Origin: Nemertoderma westbladi | Lineage: Eukaryota > Animalia > Xenacoelomorpha | Length of the DNA: 64,000 nucleotides | Direction of reading: 5' to 3' | Assembly (NCBI GenBank): GCA_032718475.1 | Contig: JAUCBJ010005741.1 | Coordinates: 1 to 64,000 of the forward strand | Program-made: the position numbers and the translations under genes | Shown: in pieces, positions 26,870-38,120 of the stretch | How positions within the stretch are numbered: the stretch's first letter is position 1 | How the letters are laid out: each line of letters starts with the position of its first letter | The notes under the pieces: model-generated | What the model saw: the letters and a program-made list of their open reading frames with translations, nothing else | What the model was told of the DNA's origin: nothing | The model's database searches: none

Positions 26870-28093
26870 TTAGTCGTAAGGAATATTATCATTAACCGCG
26901 TCCCGGTGTTTCTTCTTAAACATATCGATCCGACCATCATAGAAAGTGTTAGTGGCGACTAGTAAATCCTCGCAAGATATCGGCCTCAGTTGAATATCGG
27001 TGGATTCCCCAACATCGAGGGAAACGTCGGTGAAGTAATCCCGAAGAGTTCTCTTGGCGGCGTCGCCGCAGATCTGGCGGAGATCCGAGCCGGAGCAGCC
27101 GTCCGTTATCGTCGCGATGTCGTCGAGTTCAACCGACGCGTCGAGACGCTCGTGTCGCAGCAGCACCCGCAGGATGGCGCCTCTATCGGTGCGATCCGGC
27201 AACGGGACGTGGAGTCGCAACGGGAGACGACGGAGGATCGCGTCGTCCAGCGAGGAGGCGCGATTCGTCGCTCCGATTACGACGCACCGGCAACCCGAAC
27301 CCGATTGCATCCCGTCCATTCGACTCATAAACTGAGTTTTTAACAACTGCGACGCTTCGTGATCGAAACTCCCGCGCTCTCTGAGTAAACCATCGATTTC
27401 GTCGATAAATATTATCGAAGGTTCGAGTTTACTCGCAAGCGTGAATGTAGCGTGCACCAATTGCGACGTCTCTCCGTACCATTTGCTCAGCAGCGCCGAG
27501 GGTTCGACGCAGATGAAGTTAACTCCGCGATGTTTAGCGAGTACGCGAGCGAGAAGCGTCTTCCCGCAGCCCGGCGGTCCGTGCAACAAGATCCCGCGAA
27601 CGGATTGGATCAACCGAGAGCGCGGGAGATTGACATTAAACAATCCCACCGTCTCCTCCAGGAGTTTATCTTTGATCGCGTTTAAACCTCCGATATCATC
27701 CTCAGTGTCCCTGAGTTCGTCGCTCGATACGAGACACGATGCGAGTATTTTATGCTCGTAAGGATTTAAATCCAAGTCCTGGATGCCAAGTTTTTTCATT
27801 AATAATTTGCTTTGCTTCTCGGCATCCGGGTCAACTCCTTTCATCACGCCCAGAAGATCGACGGCTAATTTAACTGATATGTACATCCCGATTAAACCGC
27901 CAGTCAGTACGATTAATCGTTTAATCACATCGTAATCGATGTTGCTGATAAAGTTTCGCAAATGGTCGCCAATCTTGGTAGCCACAGACGGCGGTGGCGG
28001 CACGGGCTCTACGATTCGTATTGGCGATATATTGATGTTGGAGAGTTCCAAATTCGTTCCCATAATCTTGTTGAGGAGTTCCGGTACCCCCAT
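26870..28093 (-). CDS. ATAD1/Msp1-like membrane-anchored AAA+ ATPase, single-exon ORF of 407 aa
   Basis: N-terminal hydrophobic anchor, LNPYE..DDIGGL, Walker A GPPGCGKT, pore loop SKWYGE, Walker B IIFIDEID, SRH GATNR..LDDAILRR, and GCSGSDL. Confidence 0.9.
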   Translation of the reverse strand: MGVPELLNKIMGTNLELSNINISPIRIVEPVPPPPSVATKIGDHLRNFISNIDYDVIKRLIVLTGGLIGMYISVKLAVDLLGVMKGVDPDAEKQSKLLMKKLGIQDLDLNPYEHKILASCLVSSDELRDTEDDIGGLNAIKDKLLEETVGLFNVNLPRSRLIQSVRGILLHGPPGCGKTLLARVLAKHRGVNFICVEPSALLSKWYGETSQLVHATFTLASKLEPSIIFIDEIDGLLRERGSFDHEASQLLKTQFMSRMDGMQSGSGCRCVVIGATNRASSLDDAILRRLPLRLHVPLPDRTDRGAILRVLLRHERLDASVELDDIATITDGCSGSDLRQICGDAAKRTLRDYFTDVSLDVGESTDIQLRPISCEDLLVATNTFYDGRIDMFKKKHRDAVNDNIPYD

Positions 28094-28375
28094 AATTTAT
28101 AATCATAAGTTATAAATCAGTTTGAGAGCTTCATGTGTGGCTACGTATTTTGTTACAGCAATTATTTAATTATTTTGTACACAGCCCAGCAGCCATTTTC
28201 AGTGATTTTTATACAGCCATAGAACAGTAGAGAGAGATGGGGTCAGGGGTTGGTGCATGGTGGTAGGGGGAACTTCACCCAACTTGACGCAAATCCCATT
28301 TCGGCGAATTGATATTTCGTATCAATGCAGCAATGCACAGATGCATGCCCCTGCACCCTGCAATGTTAAAATATG

Positions 28376-28615
28376 AATTAAGGGGAAGGAACAGGTTACC
28401 GTCTGACCGTAGGCCTACATTGGCGATTGGCAGTTACAGAGTTAGTTGGCACGTTCTGACGTTATTCTAACCTATACAATAAACTAAAGTCAATCTGTCA
28501 ATAGGCTGCAAGGTTATATGCCGTTATATTTTTGAAATCAGCAGTCGACTGTCGCAGTTTCGTCTGGGAGGGATGAATTCGGATGCGTTCTGTAACCTGC
28601 TCCTTTCCCTCAATT
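28376..28615. mobile_element. Possible ~240-bp MITE with imperfect 24-bp inverted repeats
   Basis: AATTAAGGGGAAGGAACAGGTTAC versus GTAACCTGCTCCTTTCCCTCAATT, with a second right-end copy near 28667. No TSD identified. Confidence 0.45.
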
Positions 28616-29732
28616 GGTAAAGTGGCCGTTTATCGTTTTGGTTAGAAAAGCCTGCCTCTGTACTGCTGTAACCTGCTCCTTTCCATCAATTCTGCAATTG
28701 GTTTATGACGGACGTGCAGACCCTGACGTCAGGACGTGCTGACGTGTGTCTGTGTGTTACTTGTATTAGGCAGTTACAGAGTTAGCCCTACAGTATTACA
28801 GTATTATGTGGAGGCCCCCAAGGCAGCAAGGCCCAAACACGTTAATCCCGAATTTTGATTGCGTCGAAAGTTCCCCCCCCCCCCCCCCCCCCGCCCTCCC
28901 TAGCTGACTCATGTCTGCATGTAGTGTAGGGTAGGCCTTACACAGTACAGGAGTACGGCTGTACGGTAGTACAGTCAGACAGTAGCTGAGTACTCGAGTA
29001 GTACCGGTACTACAGTAACTAGGCCTACTGAACTTTACCAACCTGCCAACTACTGAACTAAACTAATGTACCGGTACATAAACATAATACAGTAATAGGC
29101 CTTCTGTCACTGTAATACAGTAATACAGTTAGGGTTCAACAGAAGGCACTTTATGGGGCCGAACCGAACCGAACCGAAGCAGGGCCAACTTCGGGCCGAA
29201 CCGAACCGAATCCGAACCGAAGTTCAGAAAGTTAGCAAGTTATGGTCATAAATTCGTATTTACGTCACTATACTGGCTGACTGGCAGTGGCAGACTGGTA
29301 CCTATTTGGTCTGCGGACTTAGCGAGAAAGCTATGATTAATTAAAAAAATAAGTACTACAAAATAAAATGGCAATATTTACATTACTGTACATTACTAAC
29401 CTAAACTACTGTATACTTACTGTATGCATGCACTTACTGTATGCACCACATTTTCACCCGTAGTAAGCCGTACAGTAGTGACATCAAATTTAGAAAACCT
29501 CACTAAAAGTACAGGTAGTCTTTGTAATACTATTTATATGAGGTAGTAGGTATATTTGGTATTATGTATCAAAGTTATGATTAATTAAAAAATAGGGTAC
29601 TACAAAGTAAAATGGCAATATTTAGCCTAACCTAAACTACTGTATAATTAAGCTAATTTTGAAACTACCCAAGTAACCTGGAAACAATTAAAAAAATAAT
29701 GCCATTTAAATGGAAGTTCAGTCCAAAATTAA

Positions 29733-30958
29733 GGGTGTAAACGTTAAGCAGACAGTGGTGCTAGACAGTGTGCAGACAGTGGTGCAGACACTGGTGCAGA
29801 CAGTGGTGCAGACACCTGGTGAAAATACTGAAATACCAGAGTACACAACACAATCACAAACACATACCACCAGGCACTATTATATTATATTTTATCATAG
29901 ACTTTATTATCTACAAATATGCGAGTAACTACTGAAAGGTTCTACATGAAGTAGGGAGGACGTATGTAGTACAAGTCGGGGTGCGTGCGGGTGAATGTGC
30001 CCTGATTACAAATAATTATAAGAGGTGTGTACGAAAGTAATTAATCGGTATTCCCGTTTTCATATAAACAATAATGTCTATAAATTGTAAGCAGCAATGT
30101 CTCCAAGGAATGAGGTTTAAGCGACAGTGTTTGATTGTTTATACATGACCTACTTTATACAGAGTATGTTTAATTTGTTTACCTTTACTGGAGCCACTGC
30201 TTATTACTGTATAATAAAACGAGCTCATTAAGTTATTGTCTCATGCTGGGGATATACATTCACTAACTACAGTAAGGTCTCAGGAATTCTTAGCCCACGA
30301 GTATTCTTGGCCCTTGGGTTTTCTTAGCCCGCAAAACAATAACGTTTATTGTTTTGGTTCCCCCAATACTCCTCTGAAACCTGCTCCTTTACTAACCTGC
30401 TCGCCCCTTTACTGTCTGCACCAGTGTCTGTACCACTGTCTGCACCACTGTCTGCACCAGTGTCTGCACCAGTGTCTGCACCACTGTCTGCACCAGTGTC
30501 TGCACCACTGTCTGCACCAGTGTCTGCACCAGTGTCTGCACCACTGTCTGCACCAGTGTCTGCACCACTGTCTGCACCAGTGTCTGCACCACTGTCTGCA
30601 CCAGCTGTCTGCACCACTGTCTGCACCACTGTCTGCACCACTGTCTGCACCACTGCCTGCACCACTGTCTGCACTCTGCACCACTGTCTGCACCAGTGTC
30701 TGCAGCACTGTCTGTACCGTGTCTGCACCACTGTCTGCACCAGTGTCTGCACCACTGTCTGCACCACTGTCTGCACCAGTGTCTGCACCACTGTCTGCAC
30801 CACTGTCTGCACCACTGTCTGCACTCTGCAACAGTGCGTGCACCACTGTCTGCACCAGGTGTCTGCACCACTGTCTGCATCACTTTCTGCACCACTGTCT
30901 GCACCACTGTCTGCACCACTGTCTGCTCTGCACCAGTGTCTGCTTAACGTTTACACTC
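29733..30958. mobile_element. Foldback/Mutator-like element nested in the hAT element
   Basis: TIR G(G/A)GTGTAAACGTTAAGCAGACA, 9-bp TSD CAAAATTAA (29724-29732, 30959-30967), and arms built from inverted 12-bp repeats. Confidence 0.88.
30410..30943. repeat. 12-bp minisatellite forming the right arm of the foldback element
   Basis: Unit CTGCACCA(C/G)TGT, ~44 copies. The reverse complement occurs ~6 times at 29748-29821. Confidence 0.95.
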
Positions 30959-32151
30959 CAAAATTAATTAGTACAACGATGGACAGATTGATTAGTCTTA
31001 CTGTCTTCTGGTCTTAGCTCTCAGCTCAATCAGTCAATGTAATACTTGGAATATTTAGCAAAGTTTGCTCCGGGCTTCTGCAGTATCAATTGCAGAAGCC
31101 GAACCGAACCGAAATTGCCAAACTTCGGCCCGAACCGAACCGAAGCCGAAGCTTCTGTTGAGCCCTAAATACAGTAATACAAAAAGTATAAAGTATAAAG
31201 TATGTACCTTATTATTGATTCGGGAATTTGTGAATATGTGTTACTGTCAATGTTTGGCACGAAATATACAAGTAGTACAAATTTGTTAATGAAAAACCAT
31301 TACCAAATCAACCTGATTTTATTACATTCTGACATAACGAGTTTTCTGGGATGCTGATCATGAATTAGTCACTCAAAAATATCGTATCCGATTCATTGTG
31401 CATTTTTGGACATCCCAGTTAAACATGATTATGTGTTTCATATATGGTTGCCATAAATAATTCGACATGTGATACATATATGTAAATGTTACAGTGTTGT
31501 CAAATGTGATCCATATGTGGAATGTTCACATGTGATACACATATGTTTTTTATGTGACAAGTGCGACAAAAAGAGTAAAAATTTAAACTGAGACCGACCA
31601 ATCACTGGTGTGGGTCTGCATTTCCTATAGAGAGGTGGGGCGGGGGGGGGGGGGGGGGTAGCCTACCTCAGTACCTTATCCTATCCAATCCCTACACCCT
31701 ATCCTACGGCCCTACACATGTGCTAAGTGCTAAAGAGTGGCACAAAAATACCAGTATCACATATTTGATAATCATAAATCATTAACAAATCAACCAGATT
31801 TTATTGCCTTATGGGTTTTCCGTGTAGCTAATTCCAAAAATATTATGGTAATTTTTAAATGTTCTAATGGGGGCACGAATAAGGTATTAAGCCCGCGCGA
31901 ATTGAAAATAACTTTGATGGTTACACAACCACTAAATATTTTTAACAATTTCTATCGTGATCATCGACCTCGAAAACCCCTGTAGCTTCAGAATTACCCC
32001 AACCAAAGGCGAAATTTATCAGTTTGAAATATTACTACTTGTAATTTTCATCCTGGAGCACCGGAATGGCACCAAAAATGATGGTTGCATTACCATAAAT
32101 ATTTTTAACTAGTTCATCGTGATCGCAGCCCCCCCCCCCCCCCCCCCCCCC

Positions 32152-33482
32152 CTATAAGCATCAACACGTCAAAAACACGTGGATACGGCGTAATTTTTGA
32201 CGTCAACGTGTTGAAAATGACGTCTTGGCCACGTGTATTTTGGAAGTGTCAAACACGTGTTTGAGCACGTCAAACCATGACGTGCTACAGTTTACGTCAA
32301 ATGACTTGTTAGACACGTGTCAATTACGTCATCAGACGTCAAATACTACACTGGAACACCACACAAGCACGTCAAATGACGTGCTAGACACGTACTGTAA
32401 CAATAACAAAAGCCAAATTCAAATAACTACACCACACAAGCACTTACGCCTCGCTTTTTACATCGCTTAGATCCATGACAGTTATGATTGAAATTGACGG
32501 TGTTTGTTGATACTATAATAAAGAAAAAACATTATTATATAATGTAACCAATAATAAACCAAGTATATAATATAAATAAATATCTAAATATAATAAACCT
32601 AATTGGTCAATTTGGCAATTTTCTAGTCATTGGTGGTACTCAGAGTGCGCAATACTGTAGCACCACTCACACCCACCATAGTACCTTCCTACCCACTCAC
32701 TCCCACTATATTACCTTCCTACCCACTCACACCCACTTCATTACCTTCCTACCCACTCACACCCACCTCATTACCTTCCTACGCACTCACACCCATCGTA
32801 TTACCTTCCTACCCACTCACACCCACTATATTACCTTCCTACCCACTCACACCCACTTCATTACCTTCTTACCCACTCACACCCACCTCATTACCATCCT
32901 ACCCACTCACACCCACCATATTACCTTCCTACCCACTCACACCCACCATATTACCTTCCTACCCACTCAAACCCACCATATTACCTTCATACCCACTCAC
33001 ACGCAACTCATTACCTCCCTATCCACTCACACCCACCATATTACCTTCATATCCTACCCTCACGCACGCACCTCATTACTTTCCTACCCACTCACACCCA
33101 TCACCTATATAAATAACTAACTAAAATATACCCACCACTAATATAAATATACTGTACTCATACTGTAGTCAGTCAGTAGGTATAAGTGGTAAGTAGATGT
33201 GTCATTAAGACGTGTTCAAGACGTAATTTTAGGTAATTACTTCCAACATGAAAAGTATCACACAGATGCGTGCCGTCAAGACGTGTTCAAGACGTCATTT
33301 TAGGTAATTATATCCACCATATAAGTCTCATACAGTAACGTGTCAACAAGACGTGTTCAAGACGTAATTTTACGTAATTACGTCAACCATCAAAACTTTG
33401 AGTTCTTGCAACAAACATAATTGACGTAAAATGACGTCCACATACCTGTTGAGGTGTAAAAATAGACGTCAAATGCTTATAG
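32152..33482. mobile_element. Non-autonomous TIR element with ACGT-rich subtermini, between two poly-C tracts
   Basis: CTATAAGCAT..ATGCTTATAG inverted ends and dense GACGT/ACGTC motifs at both ends. The superfamily (possibly CMC/EnSpm) is inferred only. Confidence 0.65.
32660..33100. repeat. 30-bp minisatellite, ~14 copies, inside the TIR element
   Basis: Unit CCCACTCACACCCACCATATTACCTTCCTA. Confidence 0.93.
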
Positions 33483-33631
33483 CCCCCCCCCCCCCCCCCC
33501 CCCCGCAATACGCTGCGCTTGCTCGGTACATATAAATACACTCTCGGGGCACTGGGGCAGCGCCCTCAGACGAAAAGATAAACTTCACAATTTGTCGGCA
33601 CCAAAGAAATTTAATTCCTGGATCCGCCCCT

Positions 33632-34410
33632 GCAGGTACTGGTACACTGTATGCAGTGTTGCAGGTACTTACTGGTTCACAGTATGCAGTGTTACAGGTA
33701 CTGGTTCACAGTCACAGTATGCACGCAGTGTTACAGGTACTGGTTCACTGTATGCAGTGTTACTGGTACACTGTATGCAGTGTTACTGGTACACTGTATG
33801 CAGTGTTACTGGTATTGTATGCAGTGTTACAGCTACAGCTACAGGTACTGGAATACTGTATGCAGTGTTACTGGTACTGGCTGACTGGTTCACAGTATGC
33901 AGTGTTACAGGTACTGGTTTACAGTATGCAGTGTTACGTACTGGTTCACAGTATGCAGTGTTACTGGTACACTGTATGCAGTGTTACAGGTACTGGTTCA
34001 CTGTATGCAGTGTTACAGGTACAGTACTGGGACACTGTATGAAGTATTACTGGTACTGGTTCACAGTATGCAGTGTTACAGGTACTGGTTCAGTGTATGC
34101 AGTGTTACTGCGGTACAGTAGATAGATAGATTTATTTATACATATTATGTAAAAACTGTGTTACTGGTACTGGCTGACTGGTTCACAGTATACAGTGTTA
34201 CAGGTACTGGTTTACAGTATGCAGTGTTACGTACTGGTTCACAGTATGCAGTGTTACTGGTACACTGTATGCAGTGTTACAGGTACTGGTTCACTGTATG
34301 CAGTGTTACAGGTACAGTACTGGGACACTGTATGAAGTATTACTGGTACTGGTTCACAGTATGCAGTGTTACAGGTACTGGTTCAGTGTATGCAGTGTTA
34401 TTGCGGTACA
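33632..34410. repeat. Degenerate ~22-30-bp minisatellite, left part, with a ~293-bp block duplication
   Basis: CAGTGTTACAGGTACTGGTACACTGTATG variants. The block ~33865-34155 is repeated at ~34158-34448. Confidence 0.9.
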
Positions 34411-37400
34411 GTAGATAGATAGATTTATTTATACATATTATGTAAAAACAATAACAAATACACCAAACAATGTACCGGTATAAAGGTATTGTCCAACATA
34501 ACATATAGGATTTGCAGCTTATTTCCAAGGGGGTCCTTTTATGTTACTTATGGTTACAAATACAATATTACACTACTGTACGCTAACCTAAAACCAATAT
34601 AAAACGTAATTACACTATGTACATGTACAACGAGAGCGTGACAATGCCCGACTCAACGATAAATATGTAATGTACAGAACAATTTAATATAAAACGTAAT
34701 TACAGTATAAATAGTAAATAATTAATAAACTAATAACTTACTGTAGGACTTTTGTACCTATTTTTACATTGCACACGGAGGTGAGATTTAACTGCAGTGT
34801 AAAAGCTTTTGCGGACATAACAAGTCATTTTTCTCCGCAATGTACCGTGTAGGTGCTTTAGCGGAGATAACAAGCCATTTTCTGCCGCAATGCGCCTAAT
34901 ACTCTAAAAGACTGGAACTCAGATGACGAAATCTGTCAGCTGATTTACTGTAAACGTGGAACCTCTCTTTGTTCGGCTCAACCAATCAGAGTGATTTTCA
35001 TTTTGTGTTGGACAAGGGCCTATGTAAAACCGTGCAATGCATTACGGTCTTTGTTTACCTTTTTGAGCGAGAGAACTGCTTGGAAATCTTCTGTTACTTC
35101 TGTTGTGGAAGTTTCAGACTTTGCCTAAAGATCTGATGGCTTTGATTACGGAACGTAAATCTATTATCTGGCCACCAACTGACTGATGCATTACGACTTT
35201 TCACCGCATTATTTACTTCTGTTTACTGTCTGTTATTAATGATTGTATATTGTTGGATATGTTGTTATATTTGGAGAATACCGATAAATAATCATAAAAC
35301 CCCAATCTTCTTGATTACTGAAGGTAAGAGGACAGTTTACCGGTAGCAACTGCGACTTAAATTATAGTGGTTTTTGTGTGAATTAAATGCTATTTCATAA
35401 TCCCTACAAGTGTCAGTTGCGATCTTCTTTATATATGATCAAATTCAGTGACGGTCGGCAGATCAGTGTGCAGTAGTGTGAAGTAGTGTGACAGATAATA
35501 AAGCATCTCCAAAAGAATGCGCTATTTACGAAACTCAGTAGCCATCTAGTTGTGTTTAGTATAAGTCATAACTCTGCTTTTATACTTAAAGCGCCACGTC
35601 CTAAAGGAACTGTTAATATTTCCCCGAAAGTAAATATATTTGTCAGAGATTATATAGTAACGATCAATCGAATAATACAGTAGGTCTACACCGCAATAAC
35701 GTCAAAGCACCCGAATCCAGTCTCCCTTAACCGTGGGTGAATGATCGCGCACAGACTGGCTTCGGCAGATGTAACTTCAGTACATTAAATAATTGGTCTA
35801 GGCTAAAGTCGATTTATAAACAAGAAGACAACTAAAATTGGCAGGTTAAACTGCTAAAGGTCTAAAAGCGCGAACATGCAGAATTAAAAGAATGTTGATT
35901 ATCTGGGTTTTTAATTTCATTAGGCAGAGCGTTCCAATTTTTAATGCCGTTAAAAAAGAAAGTATCAGATTCAAAGGATTTACATTTCGGGAGGTAGAAG
36001 TTTGAAGCACTAGCTCTGGTACTGTAAGAGTGTGTATCGCGTACTCTGTTGAATTTTTGTTTTAGGTAATTGGGACACTTACCATTATACACTTTATGCA
36101 CATGGTTTAAGGCGTAGCTGCTTAACTCTACTATCTACGGTAAGTAGTCTAGATTCAGAAAAGTCATCTGGAGTTAGGTGGTGCCTAGGTTTGTAGTCTT
36201 TAATGAATCGTACTACTTTATTCTGAGCTACTTGTAATTTACATTTAAGCTGTTTGGTTAAGCCTTCATACCAAGAAGAGCACGCATAGTCCATGTGACA
36301 CTATTAAAAAAGAGCAAAGTAACTTGCGGGAGTCGGTGTTTAAACTATTTTTATTTCTGTATAGAAACCTAAGCCTACTGTTAACTTTCGAGAAAATGTT
36401 TTTCACTGTGCTTTCTCCGGATAAGCAGTTATCCAATGTGGCGCCTAAATATTTAACTTCCTTTTTATTTTCAATCGTATGTCCATTACTAGTGACTTCA
36501 AACTTACTGTAGTTACCTTCTTTAACTTTATTTTGGAACCAAACAAAATACTTTCAGTCTTACCGTAGTGAATGGATAGCTTATTATCAACCAACCACTC
36601 ATTACAGGATTCTAGAACTGCACTTAACTTTTGGGAAATATGGATAGGATCTTTATGAGAGAAAATAAGAGCACTGTCGTCGGCATATAAAATGAGTTTA
36701 AAATCGGGATCCATACTACTTATCATATCATTTACATAACATACAAAAAGAAGAGGACCTAATATACTACCTTGCGGTACATCACAGGTAATCTCTTGTA
36801 CAGTAGACTGCGATTTGCAAATGACTATAGTTTGACCTCTGCCTGACAGGTAGGACTTGAACCAGTCTATAGAACCTACACCCATCAGGCCTAACTTACC
36901 AAGCAGAATTTCGTGATCTACAGTATCGAAAGCCTTTTGTAGGTCCAACATTACCATACCAGTATATAAACCCTTTGCGTTATTACATCTAATTGTATCA
37001 GTTAAGTTAATAAGGCAGGTGTCTGTAGAATATGATTTACGAAAACCGGACTGAAGTTCATAGATCAGATTTAGCCTTCTAAGATGTGCTTCCAGCTGTA
37101 GAAAAATAGAACGTTCTAGAATTTTAGATACAATACTTAAGATACTAACAGGTCTGTAATTACAGGGTTCTACTTTACTATTCTTTTTATACAGAGGAAC
37201 AACCTTAGCTAATTTCAGTTCGTCTGGTACTACATTATCTACGATAGAGTAATTAATAATAAAAGTAATAGGCACTTTAAGTACTTCAGCACCATCCTTA
37301 AGAAAACGGGCAGGTATTAGGTCTAGACCGGTACTTTTTGAGGCTGATAGGCTAAGTAGATTTTGAAAAACGAAATCCTCAAAAACGGGTTTTAAAAATA

Positions 37401-38120
37401 ACTTTTCTGAATTTTATAACTTTTCTAAATAAAAATTATTTAGAGTTTCGGACCCTATACTATATTTATTACTTGATAACGGTAACTTCTTAACTAAATT
37501 AGAGGCAACATTAGTGAAATAATTATTAAATAAATTACTAACTAGAGTATGATCATGAATCAGCTCACCGTTATCTTGCAGAACAATATTCGATTTAGAT
37601 TTAAGGTTTTTATAACCTAAAGATTTTAGGGTAGACCATAAACTTTTAGGATTATCTTTATTCTCACTTATTTTGTTGTAAAAATATTCAGATTTAGCTT
37701 TTTTTATTTCCCGTTGGACAAGGTTTCTAAATTTGCAGTAATTATTATAATCAGCTAAAACACGGTATTTCCTAAATTTATACAAATAGTTATCTCTTTC
37801 TCTGATATTACTAGAATACCCGAGGTCATCCAAGGCTCAGTGCGTTGTTTAAGACTAATTTTTTTAATTGGTGCTACAGTATTACAGTAAGTGCCTTTAG
37901 AAATATATCTTTAAAAACAGTGTACGCAAGGTTAATGTCAGCGGCCTTAAAACAGGGTTTCCAGTCAGAATTAACTAACAAACTTAAAAAGCCTTCCTTG
38001 CTGTAATTTTTCATAGACCTAACTGTTACTGTTTTATGATCCCCGAAGAAAGATTTTTGTGTCTTTCTTGTGAAAAAAACTATAAAATGATCGCTTAGAC
38101 CTATAGGTAAAACTGGATTC
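34411..38120 (-). mobile_element. 5'-truncated degraded L2/CR1-group (Crack/Daphne-like) LINE
   Basis: Endonuclease end LSDH and RT motifs NYRPVSIL, QSGFR, DLQKAFDTVDH, VPQGSILGPLLF and YADD. The 3' UTR has GGACCCCCTTGGAAATAAG, AATAAA and an (ATCT)n tail at ~34411-34430. Probable TSD ATTGCGGT(A/G)CA. Confidence 0.85.

Larger units (their letters stand above)
29130..31167. mobile_element. Non-autonomous hAT-type DNA transposon
   Basis: 16-bp TIRs TAGGGTTCAACAGAAG / CTTCTGTTGAGCCCTA (1 mismatch), 8-bp TSD AATACAGT (29122-29129, 31168-31175), and subterminal CCGAA repeats at both ends. Confidence 0.92.

Noticed and set aside
26990-27761. Plus-strand ORFs overlapping the AAA ATPase
   Set aside because: Antisense shadows of a GC-rich coding sequence.
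30236-31017. His/Cys-rich, antifreeze-like or mucin-like ORFs
   Set aside because: They are the 12-bp arm repeat of a TSD-bounded transposon.
32630-33112. Pro/Thr-rich extensin-like ORF
   Set aside because: A 30-bp minisatellite inside a TIR element, with a non-ATG start.
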